The notes beneath the pieces are model-generated. The model had not been told where the DNA came from. It ran no database searches and saw only the letters and a list, made by a program, of their open reading frames with translations. The position numbers and the translations under genes are program-made. Below, piece after piece: positions 39,485 to 50,155 of a stretch of 64,000 bases of DNA. Positions within the stretch are counted from its first letter, which is position 1, and each line of letters starts with the position of its first letter. This DNA comes from Pseudothermotoga sp. Its GTDB lineage: Bacteria; Thermotogota; Thermotogae; Thermotogales; DSM-5069. Location of the stretch: NCBI GenBank assembly GCA_031962025.1, contig JAVRKW010000006.1; one strand, written 5' to 3'.

Positions 39485-40459
39485 TTGAAATACATTTCTC
39501 AGAAGATTTTGTTTTTTCTCATAGCTCTCTGGACAGCTCTGACGTTGAATTTTCTGATTCCCCGTTTGATGCCGGGAGATCCTGCGGAAAGAATTATGTC
39601 TCGGTTTTCCTCAGAAGTTAGTGAAAGTGCTGTTGAAGCTTTGAGAATTGCCATAGGTCTGGAAAAGGACAAACCTATTCTTGTTCAATATGTTGAATAC
39701 ATTAAAAACAGTTTTTCCGGTAACTTCGGCATCTCTTATGTGTACTATCCAGTTTCTGTGAAAGATGTCCTTGCATCTTCTCTGCCCTGGACCATAGGGC
39801 TGGTTGGAATCTCAACTGTGATAAGTTTTTTGATAGGAACGTGGTTGGGAGCAATCGCTGGATACAAAAGAAATAGACCAATTGGAACGACTCTGACTAT
39901 GATGTCTTTGATGATAAGAGCCTTTCCATATTTCTGGCTTGCGATGATGTTTCTCTACGTTTTTGGTTATGTTCTCAAATGGTTTCCACTCTCAAACGCA
40001 TATTCAACCAAAGAGTTTCTCAGCGGTTGGGATTTTGTTGCCAGTGTGATATATCACGCCATTTTGCCGGGTATGACACTGGTTGTTGCGTCTCTTGGTG
40101 GCTGGATTTTGACGATGAGAAACAACATTGTCACTGTTCTGGCTGAGGATTATATACTCCTTGCTGAAGCCAAGGGACTTTCACAAAAAGAGATACTCAG
40201 CAATTACGCAATGAGAAACGCCATCCTGCCAAGTATAACAGCCTTTGGTTTATCCTTGGGATTTGTGGTGAGCGGCGCACTTTTAACGGAGATTGTTTTT
40301 TCTTATCCCGGAGTAGGTTACCAGCTATACAGAGCAGCCGTCAGTCAGGACTATCCTTTGATACAGGCTATCTTTTTCTTCATCTCACTGTCTGTACTGA
40401 GTGCGAATCTGTTGATGGATTTTGTGTACATGTTTCTTGATCCAAGAACGAGGGGGTAA
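39485..40459 (+). CDS. Opp/Dpp ABC permease (OppB-like)
   Basis: PRLMPGDP, AEAKGL, EIVFSYPGVG, DYPLIQ, LDPR. Confidence 0.93.
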   Translation: MKYISQKILFFLIALWTALTLNFLIPRLMPGDPAERIMSRFSSEVSESAVEALRIAIGLEKDKPILVQYVEYIKNSFSGNFGISYVYYPVSVKDVLASSLPWTIGLVGISTVISFLIGTWLGAIAGYKRNRPIGTTLTMMSLMIRAFPYFWLAMMFLYVFGYVLKWFPLSNAYSTKEFLSGWDFVASVIYHAILPGMTLVVASLGGWILTMRNNIVTVLAEDYILLAEAKGLSQKEILSNYAMRNAILPSITAFGLSLGFVVSGALLTEIVFSYPGVGYQLYRAAVSQDYPLIQAIFFFISLSVLSANLLMDFVYMFLDPRTRG

Positions 40460-41276
40460 GTTCTTGACTGTGAAAACATGGATTGGTTTTAGTATAATCG
40501 TGTTTTTCCTTATAGTAGCAATATTTGCTCCATACATAGCACCATACGACCCAAGTGAAATAGTTGATCTACCTTACGAACAGCCGAACAATTTACACCT
40601 TCTTGGCACTGATCGGTTGGGAAGGGATATTTTTTCGCAACTGATATACGGGACAAGACTTTCACTGTTGATTGGAGTGCTCACCGGTCTTTTCATGACC
40701 GGTATATCAACTCTTGTTGGCATGATTTCAGGTTACTATGGAGGAATTGTCGATCGTGTTCTGTCGACAATAACAGATGTGTTTCTGGTGATACCGGGAA
40801 TTCCCCTGATGATTGTGATATCTTCCTACATAAGGGTTCGAAGTTTTTGGACCGTTATACTTGTCATAGCGATCACCGGCTGGGGTGGTGGTGCCAGGAT
40901 AATAAGATCACAGATGCTTTCTGTTAAAAATAGAGACTTTGTGATCGCGGCAAAGATGGTTGGAGAAAGAAATATCAGAATTATCTTTTCTGAGATATTT
41001 CCAAACATGCTGTCTTTGATAGCTTCGAATTTCTTCAGTGCTGTTTTGTACGCGATTATCGGTGAAGCATCTTTGTCTTTCCTTGGTCTGGGTGATGTGA
41101 GCAAAATTTCATGGGGTACGATGCTTTACTGGGCACAGAGTGCCAATGCTCTGTTGAACCGAATGTGGGCTTGGGTTCTTGCGCCTGGCTTGGCAATAGT
41201 CATGCTCGGAACTGCTTTTGCACTTTTGAATTTTTCACTCGATGAAATGACTAATCCAAGGCTGAGAAAGCGTTAG
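40422..41276 (+). CDS. Opp/Dpp ABC permease (OppC-like); start probably ~40443-40449
   Basis: LGTDRLGRDIFSQ, EASLSFLGLG, NPRLR. Confidence 0.92.
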   Translation: MCTCFLIQERGGKFLTVKTWIGFSIIVFFLIVAIFAPYIAPYDPSEIVDLPYEQPNNLHLLGTDRLGRDIFSQLIYGTRLSLLIGVLTGLFMTGISTLVGMISGYYGGIVDRVLSTITDVFLVIPGIPLMIVISSYIRVRSFWTVILVIAITGWGGGARIIRSQMLSVKNRDFVIAAKMVGERNIRIIFSEIFPNMLSLIASNFFSAVLYAIIGEASLSFLGLGDVSKISWGTMLYWAQSANALLNRMWAWVLAPGLAIVMLGTAFALLNFSLDEMTNPRLRKR

Positions 41277-41285
41277 GGTGATTCA

Positions 41286-42230
41286 ATGGTCGAGATTTTG
41301 AATCTGAAAGCAGGTTACCGTTTCAGAAAAAAGATCATTAGGGCAGTAAATGGCGTCAATCTGAAGGTTTATGAAAAAGATTTTCTTGGTATAGCCGGTG
41401 AGTCTGGCTGTGGAAAGTCTACTCTCGTTCTGGCGATGCTAAGGTTGCTGAAAAGCCCCGGTTATGTAGAATCTGGCAAAGTCTTGATAGACAAAGTAGA
41501 TATATTCAGCCTATGTGAGGAAGAATTGTCCAAGATTCGCTGGAAGGAATTTTCTCTTGTTCCACAGAGTTCTATGAATTCACTTAATCCTGTTATGAAA
41601 ATAAAGGATCAGATCGCAGACGTGATACTTCATCACATGAGTATTGGAAAAAAACAGGCTTATGAGATGGTTGAGGATGTTCTAAAACTTGTTGGTATTC
41701 CGCTAGATCGTGCAAACAGTTATCCACACCAGCTTTCTGGAGGAATGCGCCAGAGAGTAGTCATAGGAATGGCACTGGTTCTTTCTCCAAAATTTGTGGT
41801 TTTTGATGAACCAACGACAGCCCTGGATGTGGTTGTGCAAAGATCAATTCTGGAAAAAATCTTTGAGCTGCAGGAGGAAAAAGGATTCTCGGCAGTTTTC
41901 GTAACGCACGATATCTCACTTTTGTTTGAAATATCAAAACACTTAGCCATAATGTACGCAGGTGAGATAGTCGAGTACGGTGATACCAGATATGTCTATG
42001 AAAAGCCATTACACCCTTACACAAAAGGTTTAATTGAAGCTTTACCAAATATATCTGCAGAACTCAGAGAGTACAAAAGTATTGCGGGAAGACCACCAGA
42101 TCTTTCCATTCCAATTGAAGGATGTCCTTTCTATGAAAGATGCCAGTTTAGAAAAGAAATTTGCCTTAAACAGCATCCAGAGTACAAGCAGGTTGAGCAA
42201 GGCAGGTGGGTTTCTTGTCATCTGTACTGA
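41286..42230 (+). CDS. Opp/Dpp ABC ATP-binding protein
   Basis: GESGCGKST, YPHQLSGGMRQR, DEPTTALD. Confidence 0.93.
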   Translation: MVEILNLKAGYRFRKKIIRAVNGVNLKVYEKDFLGIAGESGCGKSTLVLAMLRLLKSPGYVESGKVLIDKVDIFSLCEEELSKIRWKEFSLVPQSSMNSLNPVMKIKDQIADVILHHMSIGKKQAYEMVEDVLKLVGIPLDRANSYPHQLSGGMRQRVVIGMALVLSPKFVVFDEPTTALDVVVQRSILEKIFELQEEKGFSAVFVTHDISLLFEISKHLAIMYAGEIVEYGDTRYVYEKPLHPYTKGLIEALPNISAELREYKSIAGRPPDLSIPIEGCPFYERCQFRKEICLKQHPEYKQVEQGRWVSCHLY

Positions 42231-43153
42231 TTGCAGAAGGAATTGTCAAAAATTTCGTTTTGAGAAAAGGTATAAAACACTACACAGTGCACGCTCTGAG
42301 GGGAGTAGACCTTCATCTTAAGGAAAAAGAGATACTGTCAATCGTTGGAGAGAGTGGCTGTGGCAAGACAACTTTTTTAAGGGTTGTCGCAAGAATATAC
42401 GTTCAGGATGATGGAAAATTATCTGTGCTCGGTGAACAAATTCCAAAGAAGATGAGCAGAAATCGAGAATTGGAATACAGAAAAATCGTTCAGATGATCT
42501 TTCAAGACCCTTTCTCGGCATTGAACCCGGTGAAAAAGGTGGGCAAGTTCCTTGAGAGACCTCTTAAGATCTTCAAAATACCTGATGTGAAAGAAAGAAT
42601 AAACGAAGTGTTGAGAGAAGTCGAACTGCCTGTTGATTCCATCGAAAAATACCCGCATGAACTGTCTGGTGGGCAAAAACAAAGAGTGGTCATTGCACGG
42701 TCGATTATAACCAAGCCAAAGATAATACTCGCCGATGAACCCACTTCCATGCTTGATGTGTCGATAAAAGCCTCTATACTCAACCTGCTTTTGAAATTGA
42801 GAGAAAACCATGCCGTTTCTCTGATTCATGTTACACACGATCTTGCCTGTGCAAAATACATCTCTGACACGATAGCGGTTATGTACGCCGGACAGATCAT
42901 TGAAGAAGGAGACGCAAAAATGGTAGTTGATGAACCATTACACCCGTACACCAAATTGCTCAGAGCCGCAGCACCAGATCCCAACAAAGTTGGCAACAAA
43001 CTGGGACAGACAGGAGAACCCCCCGATCTTATAAATCCTCCCACTGGATGTGCCTTTATGCCAAGATGTCCCTATGCTAAAAAAGAATGTTCGAATTTTT
43101 CGCAAATCGTGAATGTCGACGGCAGAAAAGTAAGGTGCATTTTATATGCCTGA
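42206..43153 (+). CDS. Opp/Dpp ABC ATP-binding protein
   Basis: GESGCGKTT, YPHELSGGQKQR, DEPTSMLD. Confidence 0.93.
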   Translation: MGFLSSVLIAEGIVKNFVLRKGIKHYTVHALRGVDLHLKEKEILSIVGESGCGKTTFLRVVARIYVQDDGKLSVLGEQIPKKMSRNRELEYRKIVQMIFQDPFSALNPVKKVGKFLERPLKIFKIPDVKERINEVLREVELPVDSIEKYPHELSGGQKQRVVIARSIITKPKIILADEPTSMLDVSIKASILNLLLKLRENHAVSLIHVTHDLACAKYISDTIAVMYAGQIIEEGDAKMVVDEPLHPYTKLLRAAAPDPNKVGNKLGQTGEPPDLINPPTGCAFMPRCPYAKKECSNFSQIVNVDGRKVRCILYA

Positions 43154-43175
43154 TAGGTGCTGTGAATAATAAAAT

Positions 43176-43646
43176 TCATTGGGCAGCGGAAGCCAAAAAT
43201 TCTATTATTTTTTGAATATCTGGTAGTTCTTTGATTGGATATACCTTGAAAAAGATGATTTTTCCATCTTCATCGATTATAATGTTTGCTCTCTCTGAGA
43301 AACCATCTTTTTCTCTGAATATATTGTACATTTTTGCAACTTCGCCGTGGGGCCAGAAATCAGAGAGAATCTTCAGTTTCTTCAGATTCAGCGATTCTGC
43401 CCAGGCTTTTTTGCTTGGTACGGGGTCAACGCTCAGTCCAAGTGGAACTGTGTTCAATTTTTCAAATTGATCGTAGTGCTGTTCTATTGATTTCATCTGG
43501 TTTGCACAAACAGATGTCCATGCCAATGGATGGAATGAGAGAAGGACCTTTTTACCCTTCAACTGTGAAAGTCTGATTGTGTTGCCATCCTGATCCTTCA
43601 AAGAAAAATCCGGACTGGTTGAACCTATTTCCAACATTTTCATCAC
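43176..43646 (-). CDS. Peroxiredoxin (AhpE-like, 1-Cys)
   Basis: [29 protein letters not shown]. Confidence 0.9.
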   Translation of the reverse strand: MMKMLEIGSTSPDFSLKDQDGNTIRLSQLKGKKVLLSFHPLAWTSVCANQMKSIEQHYDQFEKLNTVPLGLSVDPVPSKKAWAESLNLKKLKILSDFWPHGEVAKMYNIFREKDGFSERANIIIDEDGKIIFFKVYPIKELPDIQKIIEFLASAAQ

Positions 43647-44497
43647 CTCCGCTTTGACTCAATAAGATCCATGAGTTTCTCAATACTGTGCTTTCTTTTG
43701 AAAAGTGGGTCTAAGGAATTTTTATAAACTCTTTGTTGTGATTCGAAGGTTGGTCTTTCCTGGGCATAAAACACGCCCAGTGGTAGTGGAGATTTTTCCA
43801 TAGCCTTTTCAAAAGCCTTTTGAAGGTTTTTTTCATCGTGGTCTTTCATATAGTAAGTGTTCTGTTTGAACCATTTGTAGGTGTTGACTTTGTTGAAAGT
43901 TACACATGGCTGAAATATATCTACAAGTGAGAATCCTTTATGGAGAATGGCTCTTTTTATGATTTCTTTTGTTTGCTCTATGTCGGCACAAAAGGCTCTT
44001 GCGACAAAGGAACATTTCAACGATAAAGCAACGGCTATGGGGTTAAAAGGCTCGTTGATAACGCCGTTAACCTGTACGGGTGTTGTGAATCCCATTTCAC
44101 TTGTTGGTGAAGCCTGACCTTTTGTCAAGCCATATACCATATTGTTGTGAACCAAAACGGTTATGTCCGAATTTCTTCTTATGGCATGTACAAAGTGATT
44201 TCCTCCTTCACCGTACATACAACCGTCTCCGCTTTCGACAATTACTACAAGGTTTGGGTTGGAAGCCTTTATCCCTACAGCCACCGGTAGACTCCTTCCA
44301 TGCAAGCCGTTGAAATAATTGCATTTTATGTATTGAGGAGCTTTTGCTGCCTGACCGATACCAGAGACGAGTACGAGATTCTCTGGTTCTATACCGAGTT
44401 CTTCAAGTGCTGATTTGACTATGCTGCGTATTGAATAATTGCCACAGCCGGGACACCATGCTATATCCACATTTTCAAGATCGAATTTCGTGGACAT
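43643..44497 (-). CDS. 2-oxoacid:ferredoxin oxidoreductase beta subunit
   Basis: WCPGCGN, SGIGQ, LHGR, GDG...[24 protein letters not shown]. Confidence 0.93.
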   Translation of the reverse strand: MSTKFDLENVDIAWCPGCGNYSIRSIVKSALEELGIEPENLVLVSGIGQAAKAPQYIKCNYFNGLHGRSLPVAVGIKASNPNLVVIVESGDGCMYGEGGNHFVHAIRRNSDITVLVHNNMVYGLTKGQASPTSEMGFTTPVQVNGVINEPFNPIAVALSLKCSFVARAFCADIEQTKEIIKRAILHKGFSLVDIFQPCVTFNKVNTYKWFKQNTYYMKDHDEKNLQKAFEKAMEKSPLPLGVFYAQERPTFESQQRVYKNSLDPLFKRKHSIEKLMDLIESKRR

Positions 44498-46194
44498 CAG
44501 ATCTCCCCCTTTATAAAGCTTTGAACGGCATCTGTTATTTCTTCAACATAAAAGGGTAAGCCATCGTATTTGTTCAATGTTTTGAAATTGTTGAAACCGA
44601 GCTCCATTTTAAGGAGTTTTCCAAGTTGCGAGGTCGCATTTGATTCTACAACGAGTGTTTTCTTTGACTTGTTCAGATATTCATTCAGATTGGATGGTAA
44701 TGGGTAAAGTTGTTGTAGATGAACAACTGCCAGATTTTCAAAGTCTTTTGTTGCCTCAAGAACAATATCTCTTGTCGAGCCAAAACACACTATGAGATAT
44801 TCAAAATCTTTGTCACCGATGAACTCTGCTGAAATTTCGTCGGAGAAGTTCTTCAGTTTTCTCAACCTTTTTTCGACCATTTTCTTCCTTGTTGAAAAAT
44901 CTTCTGTGATTTTACCAGATTCATCGTGTTCATCACTGTCTACACACACCAAGCCGTTCCCATATCCCGGTACACCTCTTTGAGAGATGCCGTTTTCCGT
45001 TATTTCGTATCTTCTGTACTCAGAAGAAGTTTTCACGATGTAACTGGGCAGATCCTTTATCTGTTCAAGTTCCTGGAAATTGTAGATTGTGTCCATTAGA
45101 TACTGGTCTGTGAGAACAAAAACAGGTATTTGATATTTATCTGCAATATCAAAAGCTTTCATCGTGCAGGAAAATGCCTGTTCGAGATTACCCGGTGCAA
45201 GGATCACCCTTTCAAATTCACCGTGACCGGAGAACAACGCAAACATCAGGTCTGCCTGCTCGGTTCTCGTTGGAAGACCGGTCGCAGGACCGGGTCTTTG
45301 AGCAAGGTGTATTACAATCGGACTTTCTATCATCCCGGCAAGGCTCAACGCTTCTGTCATCAGTGCAAAGCCTCCGCCGCTGGTCGTCACAAGTGCTCTT
45401 GCTCCGGCATACCATGCCCCTAAAGCCATATTCATCGCAGATATTTCATCTTCCGCCTGCTCAACTATTATGTCGAATTCTTTTGAATAAACTGCAAGAT
45501 TGGTGAGAACACCTGTGGAAGGAGACATTGGATAAGAGGAGACGAAGTTACAGCCACCGGCAACAGCACCCAGTGCAACGGCTTCAGCGCCGTTCATCAA
45601 CAAGTGGTTTTTCACTTTTTGATCTGTTTTCAGATCCACTTTGATATCTAAATCTACGTTTTTGGTGAAATAATCATACCCCAGTTCAATTGCTTTTTTG
45701 TTTTCTTCGCAGATCCTGGATCCCTTGTTGCAAAACCATCTCTCAACAGCCGAAAGTGCATTTTCAAAAGGAAGTTTCAAAAGAGCACAGAGCATGCCAA
45801 GAACCACAGAGTTGGAATACAGTTTATCCCCAGCTTGCATGGCTAACTTCAAAACAGGTATCTGCCTGATCTTTGATTTGAGATCATCAAGCTTTGTATT
45901 CGAATCTGAGTCGACAAAGATGAAAGTATTTTTGTCTATCCTATTCAAAAGCCTGTGAATGTGCATTTCTCCTGGCGACAGAGAAAAAAGAATATCTGTT
46001 TTTTTGCAAAAAGCCCTTACCGGACTGTCACTGACTCTTATCAAAGTCGAGTTGCTTCCACCTCTAACACGAGACATATACTCTTTATAGGAAAAGACAT
46101 TCAAACCATATTGCTTGAGAATTTTTGGGAAAAGATATTCAATCGTCTGAATGCCCTGCCCGGCTTCACCGCAAATGACAATGGAAAGATCCAT
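44497..46194 (-). CDS. 2-oxoacid:ferredoxin oxidoreductase alpha (gamma-alpha fused) subunit
   Basis: [40 protein letters not shown]. Confidence 0.93.
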   Translation of the reverse strand: MDLSIVICGEAGQGIQTIEYLFPKILKQYGLNVFSYKEYMSRVRGGSNSTLIRVSDSPVRAFCKKTDILFSLSPGEMHIHRLLNRIDKNTFIFVDSDSNTKLDDLKSKIRQIPVLKLAMQAGDKLYSNSVVLGMLCALLKLPFENALSAVERWFCNKGSRICEENKKAIELGYDYFTKNVDLDIKVDLKTDQKVKNHLLMNGAEAVALGAVAGGCNFVSSYPMSPSTGVLTNLAVYSKEFDIIVEQAEDEISAMNMALGAWYAGARALVTTSGGGFALMTEALSLAGMIESPIVIHLAQRPGPATGLPTRTEQADLMFALFSGHGEFERVILAPGNLEQAFSCTMKAFDIADKYQIPVFVLTDQYLMDTIYNFQELEQIKDLPSYIVKTSSEYRRYEITENGISQRGVPGYGNGLVCVDSDEHDESGKITEDFSTRKKMVEKRLRKLKNFSDEISAEFIGDKDFEYLIVCFGSTRDIVLEATKDFENLAVVHLQQLYPLPSNLNEYLNKSKKTLVVESNATSQLGKLLKMELGFNNFKTLNKYDGLPFYVEEITDAVQSFIKGEI

Positions 46195-46210
46195 AAGAAT
46201 ACCTCCAAAC

Positions 46211-46242
46211 AAAAAAGCCCTGGATTTTTCCAGGGCTTTTTT
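46211..46242. terminator. Bidirectional-type intrinsic terminator downstream of the superoxide reductase gene
   Basis: AAAAAAGCCCTGGA-TTTT-TCCAGGGCTTTTTT. Confidence 0.85.
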
Positions 46243-46637
46243 TATTCTTCGACTTCGATTCTTGCACTGTTATCCCACAGACCGTGTATATTGCAGTATG
46301 ACAGTGCAAAAATTGTTCCAGATTTGCTGATCTTCACCACAGTTTTAACCACAGGTTCAGTGTAAACATCACCTGTATTTGGACCTTTTGTAGATTCACC
46401 GTGCACGTTGAATTCGTAGTTGCCTATTTCGTACACATACGGATCACCATCTGGCTGGAAGAACAGTTTAATCCACTTTATGTGGTGTTCAGTCGTATTC
46501 GGGTGTGGAATTTGTTTACCAACACAAGCTGTGATTTCTACTTTATCTCCCTTCTTAACTTTCTGAGCTACTTCTATAATTGGTACGTGTTTTTCTTTTT
46601 TAAAATCTTCTGACTTGATAAAATCAGCGAGTTTCAT
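46242..46637 (-). CDS. sor: Superoxide reductase (neelaredoxin)
   Basis: EKHVP, HPNTTEHHIKWI, YCNIHGLW. Confidence 0.95.
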   Translation of the reverse strand: MKLADFIKSEDFKKEKHVPIIEVAQKVKKGDKVEITACVGKQIPHPNTTEHHIKWIKLFFQPDGDPYVYEIGNYEFNVHGESTKGPNTGDVYTEPVVKTVVKISKSGTIFALSYCNIHGLWDNSARIEVEE

Positions 46638-46650
46638 ACACTTCCCTCCT

Positions 46651-47163
46651 TTAAACAGAAAATTCTACGTACATTTTTTTGGAAGAACCACAGACCGGAC
46701 ATTTTTCCGGTGGCTCGTTTTCCACTGTGTGACCGCAGACTGAGCAGATATAAATTTTGTTGGCTGGGTAATCCTCTTTTTTCTCTACAAAGTCCTTAGC
46801 CATTTTGTACATCTCTGCATGGATTTTTTCAGCTTCCCATGCGTATTTTGTACTTCTTTCAGCACCCTTTTCCTGCTGAAATTGTGCGACTGTGTTGTAA
46901 ACTGGATACATTTCGTTGATCTCAAAGGTTTCACCATCGATACACTGCTGTACGTTGTCCTTCATTTCTTGATGAATTTTACCCAGTTCTCTGTAGTGGT
47001 TTCTCGCATGAACAAATTCAGCGTAGGCTATTGCTCTGAAAAGATTGGCAAGTTTCTTCAATCCCTTTCTTTCAGCCTCGTCTGCAAAGATCAAATACTT
47101 CATGTGTGCCATGCTTTCGCCTGCAAAGGCATCTTCCAAAAATTTTTTGGTCATTTCTCTCAC
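46651..47163 (-). CDS. rbr: Rubrerythrin
   Basis: AFAGESMA, AEFVHA, GETFE, AEKIH, CSVCG...CPVCG. Confidence 0.95.
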   Translation of the reverse strand: MREMTKKFLEDAFAGESMAHMKYLIFADEAERKGLKKLANLFRAIAYAEFVHARNHYRELGKIHQEMKDNVQQCIDGETFEINEMYPVYNTVAQFQQEKGAERSTKYAWEAEKIHAEMYKMAKDFVEKKEDYPANKIYICSVCGHTVENEPPEKCPVCGSSKKMYVEFSV

Positions 47164-47243
47164 TCATCTCACCCCCTATTTTTATTATACAACACATTCA
47201 ATTTACAGTTTGATTCAAAAATTAATGCTCAATCACCAGACTC

Positions 47244-48230
47244 TTAATTTTTCTTCAGAATTTCTGTATTGACCAGATTTGGTGGTATCTCACCCATCAA
47301 AGCCTTTATGATGTTTTCAGCCGCCATAACAGACATCCTGGTTCTGGTTCTGTACGAAGCCGAACCCAGATGCGGTGTAAGAACGACGTTGTCCATCTTT
47401 AGAAGTTCTGGTTCAATCTGTGGCTCATTCTCAAAAACATCCAGTGCAGCACCTCTTATCCAGTTGTTTTTCAAAGCTTTCACCAGGGCTTTCTCATCTA
47501 CCACAGGACCACGTGCGGTGTTTATCAGGTAAGATTCTTTTTTCATCATTCTCAACTGTTCTTCTTTGATTAAATGGTATGTCTGTTTGGTGAGAGGAAG
47601 ATGAAGGGTTACAAAATCAGATTCTCTTAAAAGGGTATTTAAGTCGACGTATGTTGCTTTCAATTCTTTTTCAATCTGCTCGGAAATTCTGGATCGGCTG
47701 TAGTAAAGAACCTTCATATCAAAACCCAGGGCTCTTTTTGCCACAGCCTGACCTATCCTTCCAAAACCAATTATACCGAGTGTTGCACCATGCAGATCTG
47801 TGCCCAGAAGCAACATGGGTTCCCATCCACGGAATTTTCCGGCTCTCACAAATTTATCACCTTCGACAATCCTTCTTGATATTGCCATCATCAAAGCCCA
47901 GGCTAAGTCTGCTGTCGTTTCTGTTAATACACCCGGTGTATTGGTCACCATTATGCCTCTCTTAGTGGCTTCTTCGATGTCTATGTTGTTATAACCGACG
48001 GCATAGTTTGCAATGACCTTGAGCTGTGGTCCTGCTGCGTCCATGACCTCTCTGTCCACTGTATCGGTCAAAAGGCACAACAATCCATCAACACCTTTGA
48101 CTTTTTCGATCAGCATTTGTTTTGGTATCACGCCATCATAATCGCTGACCTGTACATCGAAGTGGTCATAAAGCATCTTGAGACCTTCCTGTGGAATTGT
48201 TCTTGTAACAAAGACTTTTTTTCTTGCCAT
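47244..48230 (-). CDS. gyaR: Glyoxylate reductase / D-2-hydroxyacid dehydrogenase
   Basis: NYAVGYNNID, NTPGVLTETTAD, GFGRIG, NTARG, LDVFENEP, PHLGSA. Confidence 0.85.
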   Translation of the reverse strand: MARKKVFVTRTIPQEGLKMLYDHFDVQVSDYDGVIPKQMLIEKVKGVDGLLCLLTDTVDREVMDAAGPQLKVIANYAVGYNNIDIEEATKRGIMVTNTPGVLTETTADLAWALMMAISRRIVEGDKFVRAGKFRGWEPMLLLGTDLHGATLGIIGFGRIGQAVAKRALGFDMKVLYYSRSRISEQIEKELKATYVDLNTLLRESDFVTLHLPLTKQTYHLIKEEQLRMMKKESYLINTARGPVVDEKALVKALKNNWIRGAALDVFENEPQIEPELLKMDNVVLTPHLGSASYRTRTRMSVMAAENIIKALMGEIPPNLVNTEILKKN

Positions 48231-49166
48231 TCACAAAACCTCCTTTAATCTCGCATACGATGTGAGAAAAGTCCTTTTTGCATTGGCAATGACAAGTTCT
48301 GGATCTTCATCTGGCAGTGGTTTTATTTCAAAAGATACCACGGGTTTGTTTTTCTTTTCAAAGTAGTTGTTCTTCAAAAGCGCTTTTAGAAAATATGTGA
48401 GTTCATCGATATCATTGCTGCCGTTTTTGATACCAAACCTTGGATGCATATCTCCATAAGCAGGATGATCTTTCTGAAGAACAGCGTTGCCAATGTGAGC
48501 ATGTGTGATGAAAGCTGAAAGCAGGCTAATAGTGTAAAATGAATCTTCAAACAAAAGCGGCTGATGGGAAAGATCAACGGTCAAGCCGAAGTTTTTGCAA
48601 AATGTTCTGACCTTTGAAGCGATATCAAAGGCTATCGGGGCTGGTCCAACAAGGGCTTTTTTGTCGACAGACCAATCAAAAATCTCTAAGTTAACAGCCA
48701 GTGTATAGCCGTGATTATCTGCTTTTGCTTCGGCATAATCGCAGAGTTCAACCAGAGATTCAACCAGCTTATTTTTTGCAGTTTCAATTTGATCTTCTTG
48801 CGGCATCTTGCCGCTCAAGAGCGCCACTGCTTTTGCACCGCTTATATATGCTCTATCGATGACCTGTTTGATTTTTTCGACGGCTTTTAATCGCTCTTTT
48901 TCATCGAGTGAATTCAAATTCAACTTATAGGATAAAACCAGAGGCTGTGCCGCTATCAGCAACTGAACCCTTGCAGTATTGCACATTTTTCCTATCTTTA
49001 CGAGAGTATCTTCGTCAACAAGAGCGCTAACTTCGATGGCTTGGAAAAATTCATCGATCAGAATCTTTCTAACGCTTTCAATTATTTGCTGCTGAGTTTT
49101 CGCATCTGGATAAGCCATGAAGTGCACTATACCCATGTGAAAAAGATCGTACCACAATTTCATCAC
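48231..49166 (-). CDS. Sugar phosphate isomerase/epimerase (AP endonuclease 2 TIM barrel) family protein
   Basis: LEIFD, VDLSHQP, HAHIGN, GDMHPRFG, SFEIKP metal-binding pattern. Confidence 0.75.
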   Translation of the reverse strand: MMKLWYDLFHMGIVHFMAYPDAKTQQQIIESVRKILIDEFFQAIEVSALVDEDTLVKIGKMCNTARVQLLIAAQPLVLSYKLNLNSLDEKERLKAVEKIKQVIDRAYISGAKAVALLSGKMPQEDQIETAKNKLVESLVELCDYAEAKADNHGYTLAVNLEIFDWSVDKKALVGPAPIAFDIASKVRTFCKNFGLTVDLSHQPLLFEDSFYTISLLSAFITHAHIGNAVLQKDHPAYGDMHPRFGIKNGSNDIDELTYFLKALLKNNYFEKKNKPVVSFEIKPLPDEDPELVIANAKRTFLTSYARLKEVL

Positions 49167-49174
49167 CTTCTTTT

Positions 49175-50155
49175 CTATTGATCCACTCTGTATCCATATT
49201 TTTTCAAAAGATGTGAGTTGACAGCAAAGGTCGGCACTTTACCTGAAAGAACTTCTATGACACCCTGTGCAGCATCCCGAGCCATTCTCACAACACATTC
49301 TTTTGTTAAAGCAGAGTTGTGTGGTGTGAGCAGTATTTTATCGCAACTGAAAAATGGATGATCTTCTTGTGGTGGTTCCTGGACAAAAACGTCTGTTGCA
49401 GCGCCGGCGATCCATCCTTCTGTCAGTGCTTTTAAAATTGCATTTTCATCCCACAATGGTCCCCGTGCCATGTTTATGATGAAAGCAGTTGGCTTCATCA
49501 ATTTTAACTGAGATTCATTTATCAAGTTTCTCGTTTCATCGGTCAGTGGTGCATGTATTGTGATAAAATCTGATTCTTTCAAAAGAGTTTGTAATGACAC
49601 GAGTTCTACTCCAATTTCTCTGGCTTTTTCTTTATCAACATATGGATCAAATGCCATAACTTTCATTGAAAAAGCCATCTGACATTTTCTGGCTACAAGT
49701 GTGCCGATCCGCCCAAGTCCTATTATCCCCAGAGTTTTTGAATCTAAGTCCACTGTGGAAAAAAAATCTCGTATTTTGAAGTTATTGTTTCTCGTGGCAC
49801 TGTCCATTTGCTTGAGCTTTTTTGCAAGTGCAAGGATGAATGCGATGGTTGCCTCTGCTACTGAAACGGCATTTGCATTGGGTGTGTTGACAACCCAGAT
49901 GCCTTTTTTCGAAGCCTCTTCAAGATCTACATTGTCCAAGCCCACTCCATGTCTTGCGATCACTTTCAATTTTTGCGCACTCTGAATGATTTCTGCGGTA
50001 AACGGAGATGTCCTGACTATAACACCATCGATATCCACTATCTCTTTTTTCAGGACCTCTGGATCAGTACTTGAGGCATGGACAACCTGAAAACCCGCTT
50101 GCTGTAACATTTCAATGCCACTCTCATGAATTGGTTGAACGATCATGACTTTCAT
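49175..50155 (-). CDS. D-2-hydroxyacid dehydrogenase (phosphoglycerate dehydrogenase-like, no ACT domain)
   Basis: RHGVGLDNVD, NTPNANAVSVAE, GLGRIG, NMARG, DVFVQEP, TPHNSA. ATG AAA at 50155 is the likely start. Confidence 0.88.
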   Translation of the reverse strand: MKVMIVQPIHESGIEMLQQAGFQVVHASSTDPEVLKKEIVDIDGVIVRTSPFTAEIIQSAQKLKVIARHGVGLDNVDLEEASKKGIWVVNTPNANAVSVAEATIAFILALAKKLKQMDSATRNNNFKIRDFFSTVDLDSKTLGIIGLGRIGTLVARKCQMAFSMKVMAFDPYVDKEKAREIGVELVSLQTLLKESDFITIHAPLTDETRNLINESQLKLMKPTAFIINMARGPLWDENAILKALTEGWIAGAATDVFVQEPPQEDHPFFSCDKILLTPHNSALTKECVVRMARDAAQGVIEVLSGKVPTFAVNSHLLKKYGYRVDQ

